The notes below the pieces were generated by a model. The model was given only the letters and a program-made list of their open reading frames with translations. It was not told where the DNA came from and searched no databases. Position numbers and translations under genes: made by a program. Positions 1-13,134 of a stretch of DNA of 64,000 bases are shown piece after piece. The first letter of the stretch is position 1; the number at the start of each line of letters is the position of its first letter. Source of the DNA: the human T2T-CHM13v2.0 reference genome, Homo sapiens; assembly GCF_009914755.1 (NCBI RefSeq), contig NC_060926.1, one strand, 5' to 3'.

Positions 1-130
1 TTTTGTATTTTTATTAGAGACAGTGTCTCACTATGTTGCCCAGGCTTGTCTCAAATTCTTGGGCTCAAGCAATCATACCACCTCAGCCTCCCAAAGTGCT
101 GGGATTACAGGCATGAGCCAGCGTGTCCTG
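1..130 (-). mobile_element. Alu (AluJ-like) left arm, cut by the window edge
   Basis: CCTCAGCCTCCCAAAGTGCTGGGATTACAGGCATGAGCC is the reverse-complemented Alu 5' end; GGGCTCAAGCAATC is J-like. Confidence 0.9.
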
Positions 131-533
131 TTTCTTAAAATAGACAACAATGAAGTTTGCCGCATCAATTGACTTTTCCTTTTAGGAAAGATTTCTTTGT
201 AGAATGCCAATGCTGTTTTTTTCCTTATTTTTCTCCCCTTTACATATGCCAAATCATGTGATGATATTTGATAGCCTTTTACCTGGAGGAGAACTTTCAA
301 AATTAGAGTTAATTCTCTCAAACCCTGCAATTGCTTTATCCACTACGTTTATGTAATATTCTGTCCTTTCTTGTCATTTTAACAATGTTCACAGCATCTT
401 CACCTGGAGTAGATTCCATCTGAAAAGATTACTTTCTTTGTTTATCCATAAAAAGCAACTCTTCATCCATTCAAGTTTTATCATGAGATTGCAGCAATTC
501 AGTCACATCTTCAGGCTCCACATCTAATTCTAG

Positions 534-850
<317 letters not shown>

Positions 851-2104
851 TCTTGCTATTTTAATCATATCTGCCGTTACTTCCTCCATTGAAGTCGTAA
901 CCCCCTCAAAGTTATCCATAAGGGCTGGAATCAATATCTCCCAAACTCCTGTTAATGTTGATAGCTTGACCTCCTCCCATGAACATGAATCACAAATGTT
1001 CTTAATGGCATCTAGAATGGTGAATCCTCTCCGGAAGATTTTCAATTTACTTTGTCCAGATCTATCAGAGGAATCACTATCTATGGTAGCTATAGCCTTA
1101 CAAAATGTGTTTCTTAAAAAGTAAGACTTGAAAGTAGCAATGACTCCTTGATCCCTGGGCTGTGGAATGGATGGTGTGTTTAGCAGGCCTGAAAACAACA
1201 TAAATCTTGTACATCTTGTACATCTCCATCTTAGGTGACCAGGTGTATTGTCCATGAGCAATAATATTTTGAAAGGAATATTTTGCTCTGAGCAGTAGGT
1301 CAAAACAATGGGCTTAAAATATTCAGTAAATTATGCTGCAAACAGACGTGCTGTCACCCAGACTTTGTTATTTCATTTCTAGAGCACAGGCAGAGTAGAT
1401 TTAGCATAATTCTTAAGGGCCCTAGAATTTTCAGAATGGTAAATGGCCATTGGTTCACCTTAAAGTTACCAGCTGCATTAGCCCCTAACAAGAGCATTAG
1501 CCTGTCCTTTGAAGTGTTGAAGCCAGACATTGACTTCTGTCTAGCTGTGAAAGTCCTAGATGGCATCTTCTTCCAATGTAAGGCTGTTTTATCTACATTA
1601 AAACGCTGTTGTGTAACGTAGCCACCTTCATCAATGACCTTAGCTAGATTTTCTGGATAACTAGCTATAGCTTCTCTATCAGAACTTGCTGCTTTACCTT
1701 GCACATTTATGTTTTGAACACGGCTTCTTTCCTTAAACCTCATGAACCAAATTCTGCTAGTGTCAGACTTTTTTTCTGCAGCTTCCTCACCTCTCAATCA
1801 TCATAGAGCTAAAGAGAGTTAGGGTTTTGCTCTGGATTAGACTTTGGCTTAAGGGAATGTTGTGACTGGTTTGATCTTCTAACCAGGCCACTCAAACTTT
1901 CTCTATAATAAGGCTGTTTAATTTTCTTATAATTCATGTATTCATTGGAGTAGCACTTTTAATTGCCTTCAAGAACTTTTCCATTCCATTCTCAATATGG
2001 CTGTTTGGTACAAGAGGCTTAGCTTTTGGCCTATCTCAGTTTTTGAAATGCCTTCCTCACTAAGGTTAATCATTTCTAGCTTTTGATTTTAAGTAAGAGA
2101 TGAC

Positions 2105-2263
2105 AGCCAGGTGCAGTGGCTCACCTGGAATCCCAGTGCTTTGAGAGTCTGAGGAGAGAGGTTTGCTCGAGCCCAGGAGTTGGAGGCTGTAGTGAGGTAT
2201 GCTTGTACAACTGCACTCCAGCCTGGGTGACAGAATGAGATCCAGCCTCCAAAATAAATAAAT
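2105..2263 (+). mobile_element. Alu monomer (FAM/FRAM-like, or an arm-deleted AluJ) inserted in Tigger1
   Basis: ~160 bp single Alu arm with an (AAAT)n tail; degenerate TSD AAGT(A/G)AGAGA...TGAC. Confidence 0.85.
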
Positions 2264-2539
2264 AAAGTGAGAGACATGTGACTCTTCTTTCACTTGAACA
2301 CTGAGAGGCTATTAGGGTTATTAATGGGCCTAATTTCATATTGTTGTGTCTCAGAGCATAGGGAGGTGAGAAGAAAGCAAGAGAACACAGAGACATAAAA
2401 TGAGCTCAGACTGTTGGGAAAGTGGCACTGATAGACTTGCTGGATACAGTATTACCACAAAACTTCAATTTGTAAAAAACACAGTATCTGCAAAGTGCAA
2501 TCAAGGGAAGCAGAGTAAAATGAGGTGTGCCTGTCCACA

Positions 2540-2915
2540 TACGATGGAGTATTAGCCTTAAAAGGGTGGGGAATTCTGACACCTGCTACAACATGGATGA
2601 GCCTTGAAGACATTATGTTAAGTGAGACAAGCCAGTCAGAAAAGGAAATCTTATATGATTCCACTTACATCAGGTACCTAGAGTAATCAAATTCATAGAG
2701 ACCAAAATTAGAATGGTAGTTGCCAGCAGCTGTCAGGGAGACAGGGAGGAATGAGAAGTTCTTATTTATTGTGTATAGAGTTTCAGTTTTGTAAGATGAA
2801 AGACATTTTGGAATTGGATGATCATGGTAGTTACACAACAATATAAATCCTGTTAATACCGCTGGATATTTTAAAATAGTTAAGGTGGTGAATTTTATGT
2901 TATGTGTGTGTGTAT
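2540..2915 (+). mobile_element. Old L1 (L1MB-like) 3' end
   Basis: GCTACAACATGGATGAGCCTTGAAGACATTATGTTAAGTGA...TATGATTCCACTTA...GGTGAATTTTATGTTATGTG are typical L1M 3'UTR motifs. Confidence 0.8.
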
Positions 2916-3206
2916 ACATATTAATAGATATATGGAGGTGGGTCCTGAGCTTTGGTATTTTTTTAAGCTCCCCCGTTGATTTTAATGTGCAACCGGGGTT
3001 GAGAGTCATTGATTGGACTAATGATCTGTCTTCCATGCTAGATATGTGCATGCCCCTGAACAAAACTGGGTTGGAAGGTGGAGACAGATACTCTGTAGAC
3101 ACCCAGCATCCACATGAACCACTCTGATGGCACACAGCTTTGATGCTCAGGGCGTGTGAGTACATCATTCAGGTGGCTGCCTGCTTGATACAAATGGCTC
3201 TCTCTA

Positions 3207-3537
<331 letters not shown>

Positions 3538-4754
3538 AAATGGCTCTCTCTGCATAAGCAGGAGAGCAATTCAAGGAGAGAAATAATTTGCTTATCCCGC
3601 CTCTTAGGAAGTCACTCCTTGTCAGATGTGGTTTGGTGCCCCTGTCAAGGCTTTGCTGACGGGCTCCAGCTAGTCTCCTGGGCAGGCCCAACTGAAGCAT
3701 GGGGAGGCATTAAACCCGCATGGCTGTGTCATCATCCTCACCAAACCAGATCTGGCCCCACCCCAGGGAAGGCGTCCCTGCCTACCAAGACACCCAAGCA
3801 AGAAACATGGGCAACACCCCAGCTCCTCCCTTCCCACACCTCCATCAGTCAGGTAGTCACCAAGCTGAATCCGTTCTGGCTCTTAAATATGTCTCACAGC
3901 TGCTCTTACACCACTGCTTGGAAATTATTTCCAAATCTGATTATGCTATTCCATGCATGGAGAAGTTTCTCTATCTCTTGCTGGACGTGAATGATGACAC
4001 AGCCCCATTTGTGAGCAGCAGCCATTTGGGAATGTTTGGGGAATTGGCCTTTGAGAGAAATCAGTACTGTCCATGCCAAAGTATGGAAATAAAACACAGG
4101 GGCCCCAATGACATCACTGAGTGACTTTACCACCCCTGGGGCCACCGTACCTCTGGGCTCACCATTCAAGGTAAAACAGAGTTCCTTATTGCTGAAGCCA
4201 GTTTTTACTGAGGTCTTACATTTTTTCATGGTGAAAGGCATTCTATGTGAAGTGATAATTTATGAAAACAGTTTTTTGGTGTATAATTTCATGTTCTCTT
4301 AGTTTGAAGAATAAACCAATTGCATCCAGCTGAAGGAAAAGACAGAGAGAAAGAGGGAAAGGAGGGAAGATAGAATGTCTTGGAAGGACTGGGGTAGCTT
4401 GTGGAGCTCAGGAAGCTGTCAAAAAAACAAGCCTCAGGAGGGACCAGAAGAGGGGTGGCTCTGAGGAGTGTCATCACCTTCCCTTTGGAGTGCCACCATT
4501 CATGTATCCCAGCTCCCGACAACTCCTCCCTCAGATCAAAACTCTAACATATGGAGGTGAGACTTCGGCTGGACCCAGCACTACCCTTGGACCAGTGACC
4601 CTTGGCAGGGGGACAGGTCGCAGAGCAGAAATGCAACCTGGGAGCCACTCCTGTAGGATGTGAAGGCAGTGTCCTGAGAACAGGGACTGGAAAGAGCCCA
4701 ATAAGTTCACCACAATTGAATATGCCCAAAATCAAGTGGTTACCAGATGCGTTA

Positions 4755-5290
4755 GTCAGGACTCCTTGAATGAGAATAACAGACATCAACTCAAACTAGT
4801 TTAAGCTTACAGGGAAATGTATTGATGTTTATAACCATAGTATAAGGAGGTCAGAGGTGCAGCTGGCATTGGGAGAGTGGGACCCCAGGCCTTGACCTTC
4901 ATCAGAAGCTTCCCTCACCACTCTTACCCAAGCTTATCTCTGCATGGTGGATTCATACTCTCGGTCTGCCATCCTCCCTGAGATTGGAGTTCTGGGCTTC
5001 ATTTATTTTTTTTTTTTTTCTATTTCACTCCTTAAAGGACTTCAGGGAGGAGAGTTTCAGGGAAGATCTCACATTGGCTGCACCTGGATAATAAGTCCGT
5101 GGCTGCATCAAATGCTATCCCAGGGGTGCTGAGAACTGTGATGGAACCAGCCAGGTCTGGAGCCAACCCGTGCGAGCAGTGGCTCTGATTGGCAGCAAAG
5201 GTTAGGGTTGGGATTGGCATACAGGAGGCTCAGTTCTCTAAAATAAAGTGCCTCCTGGCATCAGAAGCAGGGCAGACAAAGTCCCATGAT
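4755..5290. mobile_element. Probable ancient LTR remnant (MLT1-like)
   Basis: ACAGACATCAACTCAAACTAGTTTAAGC...GGGAAATGTATTG and downstream ATTGG motifs resemble old MaLR LTRs; the match is weak. Confidence 0.4.
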
Positions 5291-6296
5291 ATGCTCTCTG
5301 CATCTATAGCATGGCATTTTTCCTACTCTTTCAAAGTCTCAAAATGTGGACCTAATATTGTGTTTGTGGAGGAAGGAGGGCTAGAGCAAACCAAGAAGGC
5401 TCATCATACTATATTTATGATGCCCTGACTATTCAACTTACACAAAACGGATTTTAAGCCCTTTGACTAATGAAACAACCATCCCAAATATATTAAAACT
5501 AGCCAGAATTTTTGTTGTTAGCGAATGTGTGAAATATGAACAAACAGTGAATACTTGTTCCATTATTTTGCACCTGACCTAGCTGAAATGCTGCTTTATT
5601 TTATTGTCCCTAAATTGTTTGATCTCTGGATAATTACACAGATACTGTTTTATTTGCTTATTCATTTATTTTTTTTTCCTCCCAACTTTTGTTTTAGTTT
5701 TGGTTGGAGTCAGAGAATGTTGAAAAGGTTTCTCAAATACTAAATTATCTGCAGACCATACAAAACTGTGTTCTGGCTTTGGACTAGAGCATTTTTGTTG
5801 TATTTTTTCATGTTGTTTAAAAAAACTTACTTCAAAATGCCTTACTTAACATGGGAAAAAAAGCCGATGGCAATATAAATTACACCCTACCAAGCCTTAC
5901 TTTCTGTTACACCCTGTTGGATGAGTTACTGAGATAAAATGGGAATTTAGTTATGTTTCTGAGCATCAGTCACTATGTTAGTATGTCACTGTTTTCTCTT
6001 TACCCTAGAGAGACATATTTTTACCCTTTTGTAAAAATAGGGAATTATTTCTAGTTTCAAAAGTAATGAATACTCATGGTAAAACATTCACTCCCTCTTG
6101 GTTTTAATTTTTTTAAAAGACAAAATAAATCACTATTATTTAACCACCAAAGGAGAAGTTCAGATACCCATTGTTGGGATTAGGCCTTAGCATATTTTCC
6201 AGCAAGAACTTTCATATGTATTACTAACAACAAACACAGGCAAATTAATTTGTGTACCTTCTTTCCCAACGCTGTTCAAAAAGCCACAGTGGGGGC

Positions 6297-6603
6297 GCAG
6301 TGGCTCAAGCCTTTGGGCACAGTGGCTCACACCTGTAATCCCAGCACTTTGGGAGGCAAAGGCGGGCAGATCACCTGAGGTCAGGAGTTCAAGACTCAGC
6401 CTGGCCAACATGGTGAAACCCCATCTCTACTAAAAATACAAAAATTAGCCAGGCATGATGGCAGGTGCCTATAATCCCAGCTACTCAGGAAGCTGAGGCA
6501 GGAGAATTGCTTGAACCTGGGAGGCGGAGGTTACAGTGAGCCAAGATCATGCCATTGTACTCCAGCCTGGGTGACAGAGCGAGACTCTGTCTCAAAAAAA
6601 AAA
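6297..6603 (+). mobile_element. AluS with a duplicated 5' head
   Basis: Full dimer; TSD AAAAAGCCACAGTGGGGGC at 6278-6296 and 6604-6622. Confidence 0.93.
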
Positions 6604-7614
6604 AAAAAGCCACAGTGGGGGCACTGTTTTCATCTCTTTTACAAGTGGAGGATGAATCCGCTGCTGGAAGGGCTGGAAGTCTAGGATGGGAGCTGGACGA
6701 GCCTTGAGTGCAGACCACAGGAGATGGACAAAGACAGAAGTTGGTCAAGCACCAGAGTGATGCAGAGGTCAGAGGCCCCTGCGTGGCAGAGAGCCACAGT
6801 CGAAAGGGCTGGAGCAGGCACTGGGTCCATCTGCCTCAGACCAGAAGCCACTCGCATCCTTTCTGCCGCAGTGGAGAAACCAGTTGGCCTCTGACATTCT
6901 GCAGCCTGGCACCTCGGAGGCTGCTTCAGCATGGTGTGTGGTCAGACCTGGAGGAGCCTACAATTAACTGACAATTAGCCTGACTGGGAGGGGAAGTGGG
7001 GACCTCCCTGAGGCTAATGGCCAGGCAGCCAAATGGGCTAAGACTCTGGCTTCAGATGTGGTCCATTGGGAAGTGGCTGGTTTCTCAAAAGACTCAGAAG
7101 TGCCAATTAAATTCCAGCATGCTGAGCAGGGAGCTCGATAAAGGCTTAAAGTCTGGGTGGTACTGAGAATGCATCCACTTTTCCCAAATAAATAAAAAGC
7201 AGCCACATTTAGGGACAGCATGGATTTGAGATCTGACACTACTGCGTGTTGTATTTGTGTTTCTAGGTGAGTTCCAGTTTTGATTTAAGACTAAGGGGTT
7301 GATGAAATCTTCCATAGGAGCCAGGCTCCGTTTGCTTCTTTCTTTTATTAGGTGCTTGCCTTTTGGATTATATAGTGTGTTACAGGTAGTTTCATTGAAG
7401 GGTGAAGTTTTTCCATAGCTTATAATTGTATGCCTCTCTTAATGCAAAAAGCACTGTCTTCCAAATTTGTGAAGTCACCTTCTGTAAAACGAATCTGACC
7501 TTCCCATTTATTTGCATCACTTTTTAATTAAAATGATATGAATAGGTAATATACTCTATTTTAGCTGAAAGGCCAAGGAAGGATGTTTACATCATTGTTT
7601 TAAAAAATTGTTTC

Positions 7615-8125
<511 letters not shown>

Positions 8126-8429
8126 CTAACCACTGAAACCTAATAAAGCCTTATTTCTAAATCAAATCATAAGAAAAAATGTCAACCTAGTTCAATAAAG
8201 AATTCACCTTCTTCAAAAGGCAAATGAACTCCTTAGAAAAGAAGAATCCGAAGTATTTAATGACAGCACAGCAGCTCAAAGCCATGAAGAGGCAGAAACA
8301 AATCCAATGTGTCAGGGGCAAACTGTGTGCCTCAGCCAGGAAGCCTCCTGTATTCTTCATGCTGTTTCCAAAACCATTTGGAAAAATTAGGAAATATGAG
8401 TGAATAGTTATATAAATGTACAATAGAAA

Positions 8430-9540
8430 AAGCCCTTTCTAGGCATGATATCAAATGAATAATCCACAAAAGAAAAGATTAGAAGAGTTGACTACATACA
8501 TTTTTAAAGAAATCTCTGCCTATAAAAAAATTGAAAGTCATCTTGAAAACCATAAATGTAATAGGTGATAGACAAAGGGTAAATACAATGAATCAATGAG
8601 CAAAAGCCCAGCATTCCAGTGGACAAGAACAGATAATTTCTAAAAGAAGAAATAAAAATGTCCAATAAATCTAAGGAAACAATTCCACATGTATGTATAG
8701 AGATATGAAGGAATAAAATAAATACAAATAAAAGTGAGATACCATTTTTACATTCTTGCCTGTGAGATTGGTTTTAAAAAAAGAATAACAGTCAAGGTTG
8801 ATGAGGGGCTATGAGTAAAGGAACATTCTCATTAAGGGACATTTAAATGCAATATGTATCAAAAGTAGTAAAATGTGTGATGCATACCTCTTGACCCAGG
8901 AACTTTTTCTGAGAACTTGTCCTAAAGAATAATGGAACAAATACATACAGACACTTAAATGAAGTTGCAGTGTTATTTAAAATAGTACAACATTGGAAAT
9001 GATCTAACGTACAACAGTAAGGATTTATCCAATGAAATGAATGGTATTATCAAGATATGGGAAGATATTCAGCTATCTAATATTATGTAATTTTTATTGA
9101 TGTAGCAGCTTTATTCCTAATCTCTAAAACCTGGAAACAACCTGATGTCCTTCAACTGGTAAAAGGATAAACAAACTATGGTACATCCATTCAATGGTTA
9201 CTACTCAGCAGTAACAAAGACTGAACTGTTGCATGCAACATGTTGATGGTTCCCCTATGAATTATTCTAAATGGAAGAAGCCAACTCAAACAGCTAAATA
9301 CTGTTTAATTTCTGTGACCTCTGGGAAAGGCAAAGGCATAGTGATGGAGAGACCAGTGGTTGCTGGGAATTGGGGTGGTAGGAGGGCTTGGTCCTTCCTC
9401 CTACATGAAGGAGTTTTGGGGGGAATTATGCAACTGATTGCTGTGGTTTTGACCTGACTCTGAGCATTTGTTGAAACTCATTGAATTGTAAACAAAAAAG
9501 AGTAACTTTTAGTGTATATAAATTTAAAAATTAAATTGTA
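8430..9540 (+). mobile_element. Fragments of old L1 (L1M) ORF2 end and 3'UTR
   Basis: AAGTGAGATACCATTTT, TTGACCCAG, CTGGAAACAACCTGATGTCCTTCAAC and GGATAAACAAACTATGGTACATCCAT motifs. Confidence 0.7.
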
Positions 9541-9826
9541 CTCCTGCATATGAGAGAAAGGGAGAGGAAGAGAGACAGAGAGAGATTTCTTGTAGAGAAA
9601 TAAAAAATAAACTCTAAAGAGACTCTAAAAATTTTGTTACATAGAAATCTGTTATATCACTGAGTGAAAAAAAGCAAGGTGATCCTCTCTGTTGCATTTT
9701 ATACAGTGTTCTATAAAACAGCAGTCCCGGGAGATTCTCTGATGAGGAAAAAAGGGATTCCTGAAGCAGTTTGTGCCAAGTCCTCTGCCCTTCCTCAATT
9801 CAATTGTATATGAAGCTTCCTTGTTT

Positions 9827-10514
9827 TAATTTATAAAGAAAAGAGGCTTAATTGCCTCACAGTTCTGCAGGAAGCATAGTGGCTTCTGCTTCTGGGGAGG
9901 CCTCAGGAAACTTACAGTCATAGTGGAAGGGGAAGGGAAAGCAGGCGCATCTTACATGGCCAGAGCAGGAGCAAGAAAGAGAGTGGGGAGGTGCCACACA
10001 CTTTTAAATGACCAGATCTCGTGAGAACTCTTATCACTAGAACAGCACCAAGGGGATGGTGCTAAACCATTCATGAAGGATCCGCCCCCATGATCCAGTC
10101 ACCTCCCACCAGGTCCCACCTCCAATATTGGGGATTACAATTCAACATGAGATTTGGGCAGAAACACAGATCCAAATCATAGCATTCTGCCCTTGGCCCC
10201 TCCCAAATCTCATGTCCTTCTCACATTTCAAAATATAATCATGACTGTCCAACAGTCCCCCAAAGTCTTAACTTATTCCTGCATTAACTCACAAGTTCAG
10301 AGTCCCAAGTCCCATCTAAGACAAGGCAAGTCCCTTCCGTCTAGGAGCCTGTAAAATCAAAAACAAGTTAGTTACTTCCAAGAAACGATGGGATTGGGTA
10401 AATACTTCCATTCAAAAAGGGAGAAATTGACCAAAAGAAAGGGGCCGCAGTCTGGCCCCATGTGAGTCCAAAACCCATCAGGGCAGCCATTAAATCTTGA
10501 AGCTCCAAAATAAT
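9827..10514 (-). mobile_element. MST (MSTA-like, ERVL-MaLR) 3' LTR (9827-10183) plus adjacent internal sequence (10184-10514), truncated at both ends
   Basis: TTATAAAGAAAAGAGGCTTAATTG...GGCCTCAGGAAACTTACA...ACAATTCAACATGAGATTTGG, then the internal segment TTCTGCCCTTGGCCCCTCCCAAATCTCATGTCC...AAGCTCCAAAATAAT. Confidence 0.9.
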
Positions 10515-11311
10515 TATAAAGGTTCTTAAATATTTTCAAATCAAAGAAACTGGTTTAGCATTGTTAAATGCTGTATGTTAGAGGAGAAAATAGAATCTAT
10601 TCTAGGTATTTAAGCAAAATGGAATTTTATACAGGGAATGTGGTGCTTACAAAGTATTGGAGGAGCTTGGGGAGCACAGAGATCATTGCTATACTCAGTG
10701 TCCGGCACCACTACCAGATCTCCGTCTTCCACCTCCCACTTCTCAGTGCTCACCAATCAGATGGCCAGACACTAGGCTGAACTCAGCCACTGTAGCTGCC
10801 TTGGTTGCCTCTAGAAAACTGACAGCAGTGACTAGACACTGGAATCCTTAGTCCTGCTGTTGGAGCTCACGTTTCTGAGGCTTTGCCAGATCACAGAAAC
10901 AGCAGGAGGAAGATGGCTTCAACCTCCATGCCACCTTCTAGATTCTGCAAGAAGGCATCAAACTGGTAGAACCTAATTTCCAAGGGAGCCATTTTTATCT
11001 TTCCAACATCTTCAGTTCAGGTGGGAGGTAGAAATGGATACCTAACAGGGTGCCAGTTGATCACATCCATTGCGCTTTGGGATCCCTTTTTCCGGTGTCA
11101 TCTAGTTACTTCTCAGCTTACTATGGGAAACCATGCTTAGGATAATTTCCTAGGAGTGGGCTTCCTAGGAAAAATGACAATTTACCAACAGAAAAGACAA
11201 GAATGTGAATTTCCTGATGTTTGTTTATTTTAATGTTAAACACAAATATTTCTAGTTCAGTAGATAAAATGACATTTAAGAGATTTTCATTCCAAAGTCT
11301 CTTCGGTCATA

Positions 11312-11637
11312 TAGGATGAGTATACCTTATCTGAAATGCTTGAAACTAGGAGTGTTTTGGATTTGGGGTTTTTTCAGATTTTTGAATATTTGAAAGTACC
11401 AACTGACATATCTTGTGGATGGAACCCAAGCCTAAACATGAAATTCATTTATGTTTCATATACACCTTGTACACATAACCTAAAGGTAATTTTATGCAGT
11501 ATTTTTAATCACATATGCAACTCATCACATGAGGTCAGGTGTAGAATTTTTTCATGTGATGTCATGTCAGTATTCAAAAAGTGTTGGATTTTGGGCATTT
11601 CAAATTTTGAATTTTCAGATTTGGGATGCTGAACCTG
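11312..11637 (+). mobile_element. Tigger4/MER46 (Zombi) non-autonomous DNA transposon
   Basis: Imperfect TIRs TAGGATGAGTATAC and GGGATGCTGAACCTG flanked by TA; internal AAATGCTTG...GTGTTTTGGATTT. Confidence 0.8.
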
Positions 11638-11719
11638 TACTGCATAAATATCAGTGTATTAACAATCAGAGAAAGCTATTGCATAAGCATATGGTTGGTT
11701 ATATTCATGTCTGTTCATC

Positions 11720-11860
11720 ACAGTAGGTTGTGAGTCCTTTGAAGGTAAGAATCTTATTCTATTCGCCTTTGTATACATTCTCCCCCAGCACACAGTTCCC
11801 AGCAGAACACCTGGGAACGGTGCACAGTAAATGTCAAGTGGATTGCAATGGATATTATCT
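11720..11860 (+). mobile_element. L2 3' fragment
   Basis: TGTGAGTCCTTTGAAGGTAAGAATCTT...CCCAGCAC...CAGTAAATG resembles the L2 3' end. Confidence 0.55.
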
Positions 11861-12023
11861 GTCATCTGTCAATAAATCTATTTTTTCTCCCTTATTTATC
11901 TGCACTTTATTGAGTCAGATTTGACAAGATTCATCCATTAGTCTGAATATTGCATTTAACATGGGAGCCCAGGCCAGATCATACATTATACATTTATTAT
12001 TTTTTCAGCATAATTTTGTTTAG

Positions 12024-12337
<314 letters not shown>

Positions 12338-12749
12338 GCTTATAAACTTTGACTTGTAAAAAATGTAATAGAGTGTCTTGGAACAGCAAATATCATCCAA
12401 GCATGGATGCCCACTTTCGTGTTTCTAAAACTCTAAGTTAACTGTGGCAAGTGTGGAGTTGTGTAAGAAACGACCATGGAGCAGTGTGTCAGCAGCATGA
12501 GGCTTTGGGGCTGTTTGAGGCACCAGTTCTTAGGACAGAGGGAAGACTGCTTGCAAGAGTATCTCAAGACATGCTGTTTTATGCTTTGCACACTTCATTT
12601 AATAAATGGAAGGACAGCATAGCCAGGGAAGGAGAAGAAAGTTCTACAGTTCCTAATGGAATTGAAAATTTCATAGAGGCCTGGTACCTAGGTCTTTATC
12701 TGGATATAGGTGTGTAAGTAGTGCCTAGAGATTAAGAAGAGACTTTTAG

Positions 12750-13130
<381 letters not shown>

Positions 13131-13134
13131 TAAA

